Shown: positions 1 to 12,011 of the stretch, one piece after another
Layout: every line of letters begins with the position of its first letter
How positions within the stretch are numbered: position 1 is the first letter of the stretch
Origin: the human T2T-CHM13v2.0 reference genome, Homo sapiens
Assembly (NCBI RefSeq): GCF_009914755.1
Contig: NC_060925.1
Length of the DNA: 64,000 bases
Strand: one strand, 5' to 3'
The notes under the pieces: model-generated
Seen by the model: only the letters and a program-made list of their open reading frames with translations
Told to the model about the DNA's origin: nothing
The model's database searches: none
Program-made: the position numbers and the translations under genes

Positions 1-1175
1 ACACATTTGTAATCCTTTCAGGCTTACACATAAACACATGTTAAAATATTGAAAAGCAGCTCCAAAAATAACTAAAATGTCATTTGCCAAACTACTTCTA
101 GGCTATCTCTGGGAATAGTAGAATTTTTGGTCATAAAAGGAACAAAACATTTCCTATTTTGCTTTTCTCCCACCCTTTTCCAGCCAACCTCTTCTAACCA
201 GTCTCCATCTTTAAATAATGCTAGAGACCTACAATAGTTTTCAACTATCAGATTTAATCTCTTTGGTTGTATCAGACTGATAAGTTGAAAATAAATGGTA
301 ATAGCCAGTTTGTGTCGGGCCTATCGGGCAAGTTGTTTCTTCAGAATAATATTCAATTTGATACGTATTTTGAAACAAACATTTACTTTGTTTCATGGCC
401 GGCTGTGAATAAACAGTTCTCTAAGTTATTAGTGAAGGGACAGCAAAATTTGACCATTCTATCTACCCATCTGCTTCTCTGTGGCAACAAACTGATTTCC
501 ATGGGACGCTTGAATAAAGCAAGGCTGTCTGTCCAAAAGAAGTAGAACTATGTCCTCAATAGGCAATGGAACAATGACTGACACTGAGTCCTAGCACTGT
601 CACCAATATCCCGAACAATCAAGCTTCAAACCCAAAAAGGTGCAAATAAAATTTAAGACTAGTTTGGGTTTGGTCCCAATGGGGCTAAGAAAAACTAGTG
701 ATTGTTGAACACTGGATTCACTGACAACTGGAGAGAAAAAATTAAAATTCCAACATTATGATGTCAATAATAATTTCATCTGCAGCAACATTCAGGAAGC
801 TGATGAGATGATCCTAACGGGTGATTTAAAGTGAAAGGGAAAAAAAACACCCTTGGCATAATTTAATAAGATCTTCAGACTGAAGCATATTCAAGGGTTT
901 CATGAAAGACCTTCTCATGGCCTTTTAATAGCTCTTTCCAATTCCAATTAACTGGTTAAATGCCAATTCTCATTACCTCATCAGAAATCCAAAGCCAGTC
1001 TTTTCTGATTAAATCATTAAATAACTGTTAACAGTACAATGACTAGTAAGTATTTATGGACAGCCCAGCACTGATATGCAGCTTTCAGTTCTCCGTGCCA
1101 AAGGAAAAACTGGAGTGGGCGATTTAAAATCATAATAAATTCTATTCATCTTCGGAATGTGCTAGGATATATTTA

Positions 1176-1394
<219 letters not shown>

Positions 1395-2229
1395 TTATTT
1401 TAGATTAGTATAAGCTTTTCATACTCTCTAAATAGACTGCAGAAATGATGATTAAAAGGGAGTTCATTTTTGTGGAAAAGCCAGGTAGGTAGTGAAGAAA
1501 TGGGAAAACATGTCAACTGTGACCTGCCGCTGCCTGGCAGCATGACGAGTCAGATGGCCCCACTCAGGAGTCACTCCAAGGCCTGTGGACGTCTCCACTG
1601 GGCAATTACCACACCAACAGGCAATGCCTATGTCAACTCATACCAAAGCTCACTTTTTCCACAGATCTGCCTGCAACCCTTGCTTTCCCTCCTCCCTGAC
1701 TGCTTGCTGACGCTCAGGACTGGACAAACATGGCTCAAGAGACCAGGGTTCTGGTTCCAAGTCCAAGCTTGTCACCATCCTCCCAAGACAGAAGATATTC
1801 ACCCTCAGAGTTGGAAAAGGTCGGCTCTGCCACGTCCTCTTTCCTTTTGCACTTTTATTTTTTATATTCCTGAGCATCCTGGGACAGAGCTCCTCTGAGA
1901 AAATGAATGCGACTCTCCAGAGGACGATCCACAGCAAACCCAAAGCCTCCTTTGCTTACAAGTTATAGAAAGATCCCACGAACACTCTATTCTCTATGCA
2001 ACTTCTTGTCCATGCAGTCTTACCATGAGGAGGATATTATCATGGAGAAAAACAGGCTTTGACTTAAAAAACAAAATAAAATAAAGCATAATCAACTAAA
2101 ACTACCATTTAACTTATGCTGTAGGTCACTGCAGCAAAGAAATGATCAAGTTTCAGTATCTTCCAGAAACTAGATAAATCGTCATAGCTTGTTTAAATGA
2201 ATACATCACTAGTAATATGTATTTTTAGG

Positions 2230-2231
<2 letters not shown>

Positions 2232-2262
<31 letters not shown>
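2232..2262. repeat. Poly(T) tract of about 31 nt
   Basis: Directly visible. Confidence 0.95.
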
Positions 2263-2265
<3 letters not shown>

Positions 2266-2714
2266 GAGTAAGACGCTTATAATATGTGAAGTTCTGTCCA
2301 CAGTTACCTGAGATGTTAGGGTTAGTTGAGCTTAAAATAGATACTTCCAATTAGAAGCAGCCAAATATAATTTTTTATGTGAGAAAATAACTGCAATGCT
2401 AGTATGACCCTTTATTTTCCTAGGGCTAAAGTCAGAAAACAGAAACAAATATAAAAGTATCACATTCATGTCAATGGCTTAGTGAAGACAGGACCTTATT
2501 ATCCTTTAAATGCTGCTTAAAATGCTCCCAGACTCGCCCGTTTATCTGCTCCTCTTCCAGCAGAGTGTCTGGCACAAAATGGCTGTTCCTTCAATCTCTG
2601 CCAATCCCCATCCACATCTTTCAACTGGCAGGAATTTCCCTAATTAAATGCTACCTGCAGTATTTTTATCACACTCTCAATCATCACTGTACTTAAAAGC
2701 TTAGCTCATAACTG

Positions 2715-2815
2715 TCTTTTAATACTTTAAAAAATATGGCTTATGTAAATTTTATAAAAATCATTTAATTGTACATTGAAAATGGTATTTTATGGCATGT
2801 AAATTATGTTCATAT
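2715..2815 (+). mobile_element. Old L1 (L1M) 3'-end fragment
   Basis: aatcatttaattgtacattgaaaatggtattttatggcatgtaaattat resembles L1M 3' termini. Confidence 0.5.
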
Positions 2816-3139
2816 GCGGTTAGGTTCTTGTTCTCAAGTTATTTCATTTTGCTTCTTTTTCTTTAAAATTTATTCAACACAACAGTTCAAGGAATGAAAA
2901 GATTCCCTCTTTTTCTTTAACATCTTTTCACTCTTCCCGGTAGGCAAGCGTAAGATAAACATTAAGTGACACATAAATTGCCTCTTTCTGTCTTTTGAGC
3001 TCAATGCCCTGAAAGCAGCCCAATCTCCTACCTTTTATGTTTGTTGGTAAATTTAAACTGAAGAATTAAACAGGATGCAGGTGTTTGAAATTCTCTTTGT
3101 TCGGCCTACGTAAATACCTCCATTATCCATTTTAACAAT

Positions 3140-4310
3140 CTATTCCTAAATGCTGATGATTCCCAAAGTTCTATCCGGCTTTAATTTCTCCACAGACCTT
3201 TGCATCTGAGTACATAACTGCCTGCTAAAGATCTCCAGGCACCTCATATGGTTTCTGGAGCTGAACTCATCATCCTTCTTCCCAGCACGCACAGGCTCTT
3301 AGCAATGCTTCCACTATGTACGTAGCTCAAGCTTGAACCTGTGTCACCTCGAACTCCTTGCCTCTCTCCTACTTTCTGACTTGAATCCACCTCGATGTCC
3401 TACCAATTTTACTTTCTATTTATTAACTCTTTAGTCTGTCCCCAATATTGCTGCTCTAGTTCAGATTCCAAATATTTCTCACCTGAACCACTGCACCGTC
3501 TCTCAGGTGTCTCCCTTCTTCTCTACATCTCAGATCCCCTTCTCCATAATGGCCAGCACAATCCCACTGAAACTCCATTTGGTTGCTTACTTCTCCATTA
3601 AAGGGTAAACCCTTTAATCGCTGTTCCTCTCTTTCTCACTCAACCACAAATTCTCACATGCCATATAGAACCCAGCCTCTGAGAATCTGGCCCCAGCCAT
3701 CTCTTCCTCTAAACCCTACAGTCCCTTCTTGGAATGTCTCTCTTGTTTTCACCGGCTAGCACGTTCTCATCTCCTAACAGTATTCTAGGCCAGGCATGGT
3801 GGCTCACACCTGTAATCCCAGTGCTTTGGGAGGCTGAGGCAGGAGGATTGCTTGAGGCCATGAGTTGGAGACTGGCCTGGCCAACAAAGTGAGACCTTGG
3901 CTCTCAAAAAAAAAAATAATAATAATAATAATAATCCTACCTACTCCGGAGGCTGAGGTGGTATTAAACCCAAGTGTTTAAAGCAGCAGTGAGCTATGAT
4001 CATACAAGTGCACCCCAGCCTGGGTAACAGAAGGGGACCCTGTCTCTATCAAAACAAAAAACAAAAACTATTCTCCTTCATTGACATTCATGGCCCCACA
4101 TTCTCAGCAAGATTTGCTAATTTTGCTACGGCTCCTGTGAGCCTATCCACTCCAACCACACTGCTGTATTTAAGTGCCTGTCCTCCACTTTAAAACGTGA
4201 GCTACCTGAGGGCAGGATTTATGTCTTGTATTTCTATCCACAACTCATAATACAATGATTCTTACAAGGTAAGGTGTCAATAAATATTGAAGAATGAACA
4301 AATGAATATA
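3140..4310 (+). mobile_element. L2 fragment interrupted by an AluJ
   Basis: tgctgatgattcccaaa..gaactcatcatcc motifs; ends in the L2 terminus tcaataaatattgaagaatgaacaaatgaat. Confidence 0.65.
3788..4068 (+). mobile_element. AluJ
   Basis: Dimeric Alu with J-type ggaggattgcttgagg and gtgagctatgat. The central A-rich linker is expanded to (AAT)n. Confidence 0.9.
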
Positions 4311-4689
4311 GGGAGTTCAAACATGAGAACTAAAGGTCTATATCAGAAAACTGTCAGTCAAGATTCTAGCTGTTATAATACAGAAGGCCCCATCACATTC
4401 CCCAAGACAAATTTATATTTTCCCACTGTCCTTAATTTTATTTCTTATACTCTCATTCCTGAAATAATGTTGATTATTTTGAGAACAGAATATTAAGGCT
4501 ATCGAGAGTGATGCTTCTCTCTCCTCTTGGATGCAAAAATTATCTGTATCTTCATCCACAGGAAAACATGTCCCTCCCTGTGATTCAGTTTGTCCATGTA
4601 AAAAGAAAAAAAAAAAAGCTCGTGCTCCTCACCTGGCCCCCCATCTCTTCCCAAACCCCACTCATTCACTTTCACCTCTGAGACAGCCC

Positions 4690-5320
4690 TCAGATTTATT
4701 CCCTCCTCTAAATTCCCAGAGCCACTGCTATAGTTGAGGTCGTTATCATCTCTTATTTAGACTGTTTTGACAACCTCTTAACTAATCTCTCCCCTTCTAG
4801 TCTCTCCCTTTCATAACCCACTCTTTATGCGCCTGGGCTCTAACCAAAACTGATCATGCCTTAAAATCTTCTCATGTGAATAAGAAAAAGCTCAAAATTA
4901 TTAGTGTGAAAATCAAAGCCTTATACTGTCTTGCTTCATTCTACCTTTCTAACCTCACCTCCCTGGGTGCATTCTAGAACCCACCCATCTGCTGATCACT
5001 TCTCAGCAGGTGCTGTGTGCCATCTCTCCTCATTTGTGCTCATGCTTTTTTCCTTTGACTTTATCCCTCTGTCACCCTGAAAACTCCCTACTCATCCTTG
5101 AAGAAAACCTTGTTCAGATGGGCCATTCTTCTATAAAACCTTTCAACCTGCCCAATTACAAATCATGACTCTTTTCAGGGTTTCTGTAGCATTTATCTTA
5201 TACGCCTGGTATGGAACACAAACTATTAGTTCTAGCTCCACTCTAAAATGGGAGCTCCTTTGAAAGAAAAGTCTATGAATTACACATCTTTGAATATTCA
5301 CTGGCTGAGATAAGGCAAGA
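4690..5320 (+). mobile_element. L2 fragment(s)
   Basis: Pyrimidine-rich eroded L2 3' region (atcatctcttatttagact.., ctactcatccttgaag.., gggagctcctttgaaag). Confidence 0.5.
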
Positions 5321-5469
5321 ACAAGTCTTACCACTGAATTTTCAGGAGCACCTAACAAAGCTCCAAGATGGAGATAAATTTGTGGAATAAAAGAATCACC
5401 CACTTGTAAGAGCGAATATGCAGAACTGGGTAAATGAGTTAACATAAAATACTTTGAAAACATAAATAT

Positions 5470-5790
5470 GTCCAAAATGATTTAAACATTTACTGTGAAA
5501 CATCCCTGGTATACAAAGACTAGAACGGTGCTACTCAGAGCATGCTGTTCACCAGAGACTGTTGTGGATCCACTGTGAAATAAGAAACAAAATAAAAAGA
5601 ATAAGTATTTAGAAATTTCTACAGCAATGTGACACGGCTGATCCATCAAAATGCAGGCTGAGTGGGCTCGTCTCCTGGGAGAAGGTACTGGCTGGTTCGG
5701 GTCTTGTCGAACTTGTGTATAAAAGTGACACATGGGGCAAGAGCTGCAGGCTGGTCATGTTGCAATAGGACGATATTCGTCTGGGACAGA
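5470..5790 (-). CDS. Candidate 3'-terminal exon (short coding tail plus 3' UTR) of an unidentified minus-strand gene
   Basis: Strong acceptor on the minus strand, ttatttttccccccatttccag|TCTGTC, first exon base 5790. CpGs are retained across 5630-5790, unlike the flanks. Possible tails: phase 0 SVPDEYRPIAT* (stop 5755-5757); phase 2 LSQTNIVLLQHDQPAALAPCVTFIHKFDKTRTSQYLLPGDEPTQPAF* (stop 5646-5648); phase 1 runs to a stop at 5609. A variant poly(A) signal AGTAAA lies at 5489-5494, followed by U-rich sequence. The 3' end and true frame are uncertain. Confidence 0.5.
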
Positions 5791-6032
5791 CTGGAAATGG
5801 GGGGAAAAATAACACAAGCCTTTCGCGAGACAGTTTAAAAAGCAAAGGGAGTAAAATAAGAAACTCCAGTGTACCAGAACCAATTTCCTCATGTTTACCT
5901 TCCATATTCGCTTGAGACCTTTCCTCCCCATGATAAAAAAAAAATTATAGATACAGTTGAAACCACCTCTATGTCCTTCCCCAACCCTTGCGTTCCCCCT
6001 CCTGCTCCTATATCATTTTTTAAATAGGCTAC

Positions 6033-6469
6033 TGTCAAAGGAAAAGCAGAGCTGGAGAGCAGAGCAATGAAAATATTTTTTATCAGGACTACAGCAACAG
6101 GGGGAAAGAGATCTCAGTCAAGACCCCAGGCTGAATCCAAACACAGCATCGGCAAGTGGGAATTTATAGCCAAAGAGGAGGGTGGCAGTCGGTGAATGAA
6201 AAATTATTAAGAGGCAAAATCACAGGTAAGAGGACATTCTGGCCACACCATCCTAACAGGATTCTTGCCAAAGACAGGCCAAGATGATGACACATCACCC
6301 GATGGGGGATGAGGAAGCCGATCAGACACTGAGACTGATCAGATATGAAGGACTGGGGTTCTGGCTAAATTGACTTAGCAGGGTCCTTGCTAAAATGCAC
6401 AGATGGGCCCTGGTGGGGACAGAGTTCAGGAACCTGACTAAAGTTTAGAAAAGCAAAGAATCTTTGTCA
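6033..6469 (-). mobile_element. Solo LTR, MER31 (ERV1)
   Basis: The minus strand begins TGACAAAGATTCTTTGCTTTTCTAAACTTTAGTCAGGTTCCTGAAC, matching the recalled MER31 start. Termini are TG..CA. Confidence 0.75.
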
Positions 6470-7984
6470 GCACCAAATCCCGTTTAGGAGGATGAAATTT
6501 TCCTGTTGAGGATTAGGGTCATGTTTTATTTCACCAAAAAAAAAGCACTAAAAATGAACAATGATCAATGTTATTGTACAGACTCTAGCCTGCTAAATAT
6601 TATGTGAAAAGGTGCTGTGCCCCCTTGTCTGTGACCCTTCAGCCACAACTCATACAACTCAACTCCTGAACTCCAAGTGAAAGGCCCTGTGCTGCCCCAA
6701 CCTGCAGAGGGAGAAACACCTTACTGAAATGTCTACAATTTGGAAAGAAAGACTAAAGAGCATGTTGTATGGCTGTAGAAAGAATAACACAGACAACGGA
6801 TTTATTGCTAATAAAACAGACTAAGAACAATGGGCTGATGAGACTTAACTAAAAAGATGTTTATTCCAATGTTAGAGGTTACCTCAGAGAAGACACACAG
6901 AGAAAAGAAATGCCCGAAATGCCAGGTGGAAAGTAATGGGCTTTCCACTGTTAATCAAATGGGCACTGCCATGCCAACGTGCCTCCTGAAATTCAAACCC
7001 TCTATTTTTGCATGGCTGCCAACTCATTTCCAAAACATCCACTGCTAATCAAACTTGTTTGGCTGCCTCCTTATCGAAACTTTACAAAACTTTAATTTCA
7101 GCCTCATGAGCCCTGCAGCTGTAAATTAATTGAATGAAATTGACAAACATTATGCAGTGAGATAAAGCACTTTCAAAGTCTTTTCCCTATTCAGTTGACT
7201 TAGCTGCCCAGCATGCCAGTTTTGCTTGACATGAGTTCAGAATCCCTGGAAACCTTCCTAATCCTACTCTCTAGGCCTTGTGCCTATTCATGGAACCATG
7301 TTAACCCATATCCGGAAAATTAATAAACCTCGGATGGGTTTAAGCACTCAAAATACTCCTGATACTTCTTGCCATTCATTACATTGTAGACATCCTTTGC
7401 AACAGGAGAATCCTCCTCAAAAGACCACGACGGCAGCAGATAAAATCCCTGAGGTTATAAGCATACAACAAAATGTCTCATTTAAGATTACTGCAGTCTG
7501 AAGCCAGGAATTAAATTTGCTGAAGGTGCAGTCACTTATGCCTTAGTTAAATAAAGATAGTCCCAAAACTGATTTCTGAACTTACCCATTTCTCAAAGGG
7601 AGTGCAAAATTATCATGATTTTTAAACAGCAAGGCGAGTAAACTGATCGCCTCTGTATCTGCCAACTGAACAAATGAGTCAGCTAATCAGTGGTTACATA
7701 CATCACACTGACAGAGAGGAGAGAAGACCATTAACTTTCTGAAATGAGAAGTCCTAATATACCGAGGTGCCACAAGTCACTTAGGATTTCCGTGGTTATG
7801 AAAGAAGAATTGAAACGTCTCTTCCCTCTGGTGGGTTTTCACAGCACAACTGCCACAGCTTCCAACTGAGGTCTAGTCTCTGACCTTCCCTCTTCATCAA
7901 TGTTATCAGCATCTGGAAGCCCTCTGGCCTATGTGGAGCCATGGGGACAATGGAGGCAGTTTCAAAGCTTCTGTCTTATGACAG

Positions 7985-8165
7985 AAAACCTGGGTGTAAA
8001 ACAACCTCTGATATGAACTACTAAGGGACTTGTATAGATTCCTTAAACTCTCCGAAACACTGTTCTCAACAGCAAAGTGAGGAGAAAAACAGCTCTCAAG
8101 TAGGGTTGGTATGAACGTGAAAAAAGAGAAAGTAATACAAGAGTTGGGCATATAATAGGCTCTTA
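7985..8165 (+). mobile_element. MIR fragment
   Basis: Eroded MIR core (ttccttaaactctccgaaacactgttctcaacagcaaagtgagg). Confidence 0.45.
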
Positions 8166-8179
8166 AAAAGAATTTTGAA

Positions 8180-8538
<359 letters not shown>

Positions 8539-9589
8539 TCATCACAGATTGCTCTTTAAATATGCGACCTTATACCAAAAGCAGACAAGTTCACAAAGAG
8601 ATTATTTTTATAATTTAATCACAGAAAAGACTAGACTATCAGGTAGTTGGTGGCTACAGAAGTGACTGCTCCCCACTGAAGCAAGGAATGGATAGAATAA
8701 GTCCTTGAAATAAATGCTCAGGTCTTCCCTTAGTAATTCTGGACAGTGGGGAAATTAGCTCATTCAAACAAAGTTTATTAAATAAATAAAATCCCAGCAC
8801 TTGTCTCTTTAGACAAAAACCACATGGAAACAATACAAAAGATTGCTAATGCTTTGGCAAATGAATCACTCTTCCAAATGCCATTTACAAAAGCCCACCA
8901 GACCTCCAGCTGTGCTGATGCCATGGGAACCCCTAGGGCAATTATAAGTGGATTTAACTCAAGACCAGAAACACAGGAGTAATTTTTAAAGACCCAAAAA
9001 CTTCCAAATAAATAAATCTGGAAAGGAATTACTGTTTACACCACAGAGCCACAGGTTCAAATAGCCAAACTTAAAGAAGAAAAAACACACATGTATATAT
9101 CTACTTCATCATGTAATCTCTGAACAATAGGAACTTTACTGAGTTGTCACTAAGGAAAGAGCAAAATCTAAGATAGGTAGTTTCTGGAAAATGAAAGTCC
9201 AGAGAAACTTGGCCATAAAATGAAAATTATAACGGACTTACAGAGCTGGTCTTCTTTGGGTTAAGAAACAAAGGTCTTCTTGTGCAAAGGAAGAATTCGA
9301 AAGAGGAATTCTTAAGTAGATGGCTGATGCATCCACGTCTAAACATCCAAAATCTACCAAGCACCTATTACATAACTAAGCCCTGTGTCAGAGGCTGTGG
9401 AACAAGAACCACTAAAACTTATCTCTGACCTCAAGAAGTTTATAGTTCAGGGAAGTGACTGACAATCATAATACAGAGGCATAAGGGCTATCCAAATAGG
9501 GTCACAGGTTACGCTATGAATACAGGTATCACATCAGAAAATTACCGTACTTAAAATCTCAGCAAAGAGATCACACCCTCACACAATTA

Positions 9590-10340
9590 ATGTTATCAAC
9601 ATCCATCCAGTCTCTCAAGCTCACCCTCTTCAACAATCTTTGCTTTACTGAGTTCCGGGTGGACTATTTAAATATCATACAAATTGATTCTGACATCACA
9701 ATCACTGCCTGCTTCCTAAAACTTGCCCTCCACCGTCTATTATAAATGCTTTCCAATCAGTGCTCCCATTCTTCATTCTATTCACCACTTAGTTACTAGA
9801 ATGTTTTTCTCAACTATGAATCTGACTTCACTCCCTTTCTTGAAAACCTCCTGTAGTTCCTGTTGTGTACGGGATAAAGGTCAGACAACTTAGTATAGCC
9901 CAGCTCAGTCCAGCTAGCAAAGCAAATACTAGCTTTATTCCCTGCAAGCAACGTAAGACAAAGACAACCACACTAAACTCAGTATTAGCAGACCACCATC
10001 CTCCCTGAGGCCTCCACTGCTTTGCACACACTCTTCTCTTTCTCAGAAGGTCCTTTCCCCTCCTCCTGTTGGTGCAGCCAATTCTTTCTCTTCCTTCTAA
10101 TGCACCATCTTCTGTGTAGTCTTCTTTGACACTAGGTAGGGTTACATCTTTGCTCTGTGTTTCTATAACACTCTTCATATGCCATGGAACTGCATTCATT
10201 ATATTGGTATAATTTTATTTGTCTTTTTTCTTCCTAGACTGTGAGCCCCTGGAGTTCAGGGACCATTTCTTAATCATATTCCAGAACCTATCACAATGAA
10301 TGACACGAAGAATATATTTGATAAAAATCTGATGAATGAA
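9590..10340 (+). mobile_element. L2 fragment
   Basis: ctagactgtgagcccctggag..gggaccatttct.. and terminal gatgaatgaa are typical of the L2 3' end. Confidence 0.65.
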
Positions 10341-11349
10341 CCACTCTAAAATGCAACTCTAATAAAGAAAATTACTGCCTATTCAGTTGGAACTGTACCA
10401 CGTTACAAACGTAAAATTATGTATAGTCTGATAAAGAAATACTGTAATAGCCTTGGAAACAGCTCACATACAATTTTTTTTATAAATGGATTCATTACCA
10501 TATAACTGGACCAGCTTACTGAAGAGTAGCCCTACAGCAGTCACTTCGCAGTTTGCAATTCATTTGAGGTTCAAAGCTAGCTCAAGGGAAAACAACGTTA
10601 GTATTAACAAACTTATTTTTAAGCTTAAGGTCAGAATTTAAGGGAAAATAAATAAATATAGTATGTTCTAAGAATCCAAAGGAATTTTTAAAAATTGCCC
10701 CCTGCAGCTGTAATTTCTGCATGGATGAGAAAACCTTAATTGCTTGCTGGCTTCCAAGAAAGCCATTAACCTGCATTTAAAAATTCAGCTTTCATCAAGA
10801 ACAACCTCACATATCCAGCTCTCATGGAAAAAGGAATAGAAGCCTCTGACCTAGTTTTCAATTATTACCAAACTACTGATAATTGATCTCCTGGTCTCCA
10901 GGTTTGTTTGTTTTACTAAAATAAATTCCCTCTGGAGCTGCAGGTGCTTACCATGGGGCTGCGCAGGTGGAAAGCAGCCCAGTCTTACTATGAGGATGTC
11001 CGTTTGCCATCTGGGAACAAGGAGGAAGAAGCAGAGACCTGGGCAAGACCTCAGAGTAAGTGTCCTTTTTGGCGGCTCCCAGGGGTCCCCATCATGTGTT
11101 ATAGGAAGGCAGAATTATTTGAGATAAGGATAGGAGCTGAAATAAGCAGTGCTAATACTGGTTAAAAGTTGGTGCTTCAGCTGCAGTCACAACAGATAAT
11201 GTCTCTTCAGTTATATTTCCAAGCTATTTCTCATTTGGCAATGTACACTTACACCAAAACTGTGAAACTCTCGGAAGTGGCAGACCTTGGCAACAAGTGA
11301 ATGGAAACTGTGAATTACAGTACATGCCACTGAGTAAGGGGTGCACATC

Positions 11350-11490
11350 TAGAAACCAGAAATCAGGTTCTGTCTTGGCTCAGCGTCTAACTAGATGTGT
11401 GGACTTAGACAAGTCATTTAACCATTGGGGATTCAGTCTCTTCATCTGTAAAGAGTTCATTTAGATGATCTCTTAAGTCCCTAAGATCCC
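11350..11490 (+). mobile_element. MIR/MIR3 fragment
   Basis: acttagacaagtcatttaacc..cagtctcttcatctgtaaa..tagatgatctctt. Confidence 0.7.
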
Positions 11491-11493
11491 CAT

Positions 11494-12011
11494 TGTTAGG
11501 TCCAGGGTCAGGTTCCAGCCCATGCTGAGGCCAGAAGGGAGTGGGTAGATGAATGGCAGACAGCTGAAAGAACACTCAGGGGGCTACGGGTAGGTGAAAT
11601 ACAATTTTATTCAGCAGCTCTCTTACACTGTGTGTCTCGGCTGCTTGTTCCAGCCACTCCCAAGCACAGATCTCTGCTGGCTCTCTCTCCCTTTGGGGTC
11701 AACAGCTTAACTCTTTCCCTCTGAGCGCAAGCAAGCTGAGCTGTGTCCTGGCTCCCCGCTGCAAGACAGACAGATCTGGTGCTCTCTCTCTTTCTTTGGG
11801 TGCAAGCACGCCTGCACAGTGTCACCAGGGCAATTATACCTTTTAAAGACAACAGTGGCAAAGAGCCAAGTGATGGCCCTCCCATGTTATGGCTACATAG
11901 CTGTTTATATTACACATGGAGTTGCGCGTCTGCGCTACAGACTTGCTGAGTCACCCGGGATGTTTACCTCAGCCCATCCTGCCTGGCTGCAGTGCAGCCA
12001 TGTTCCTTACA
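11494..12011 (-). mobile_element. Solo LTR, LTR18B-like (ERVL)
   Basis: The minus strand starts TGTAAGGAACATGGCTGCACTGCAGCCAGGCAGG..GAGGTAAACATCC..TGACTCAGC. AATAAA at 11606-11611 (-). Termini are TG..CA. Confidence 0.8.

Noticed and set aside
1470-1943. 142-aa and 97-aa overlapping ORFs
   Set aside because: Non-ATG starts, no recognisable protein and no convincing splice boundaries.
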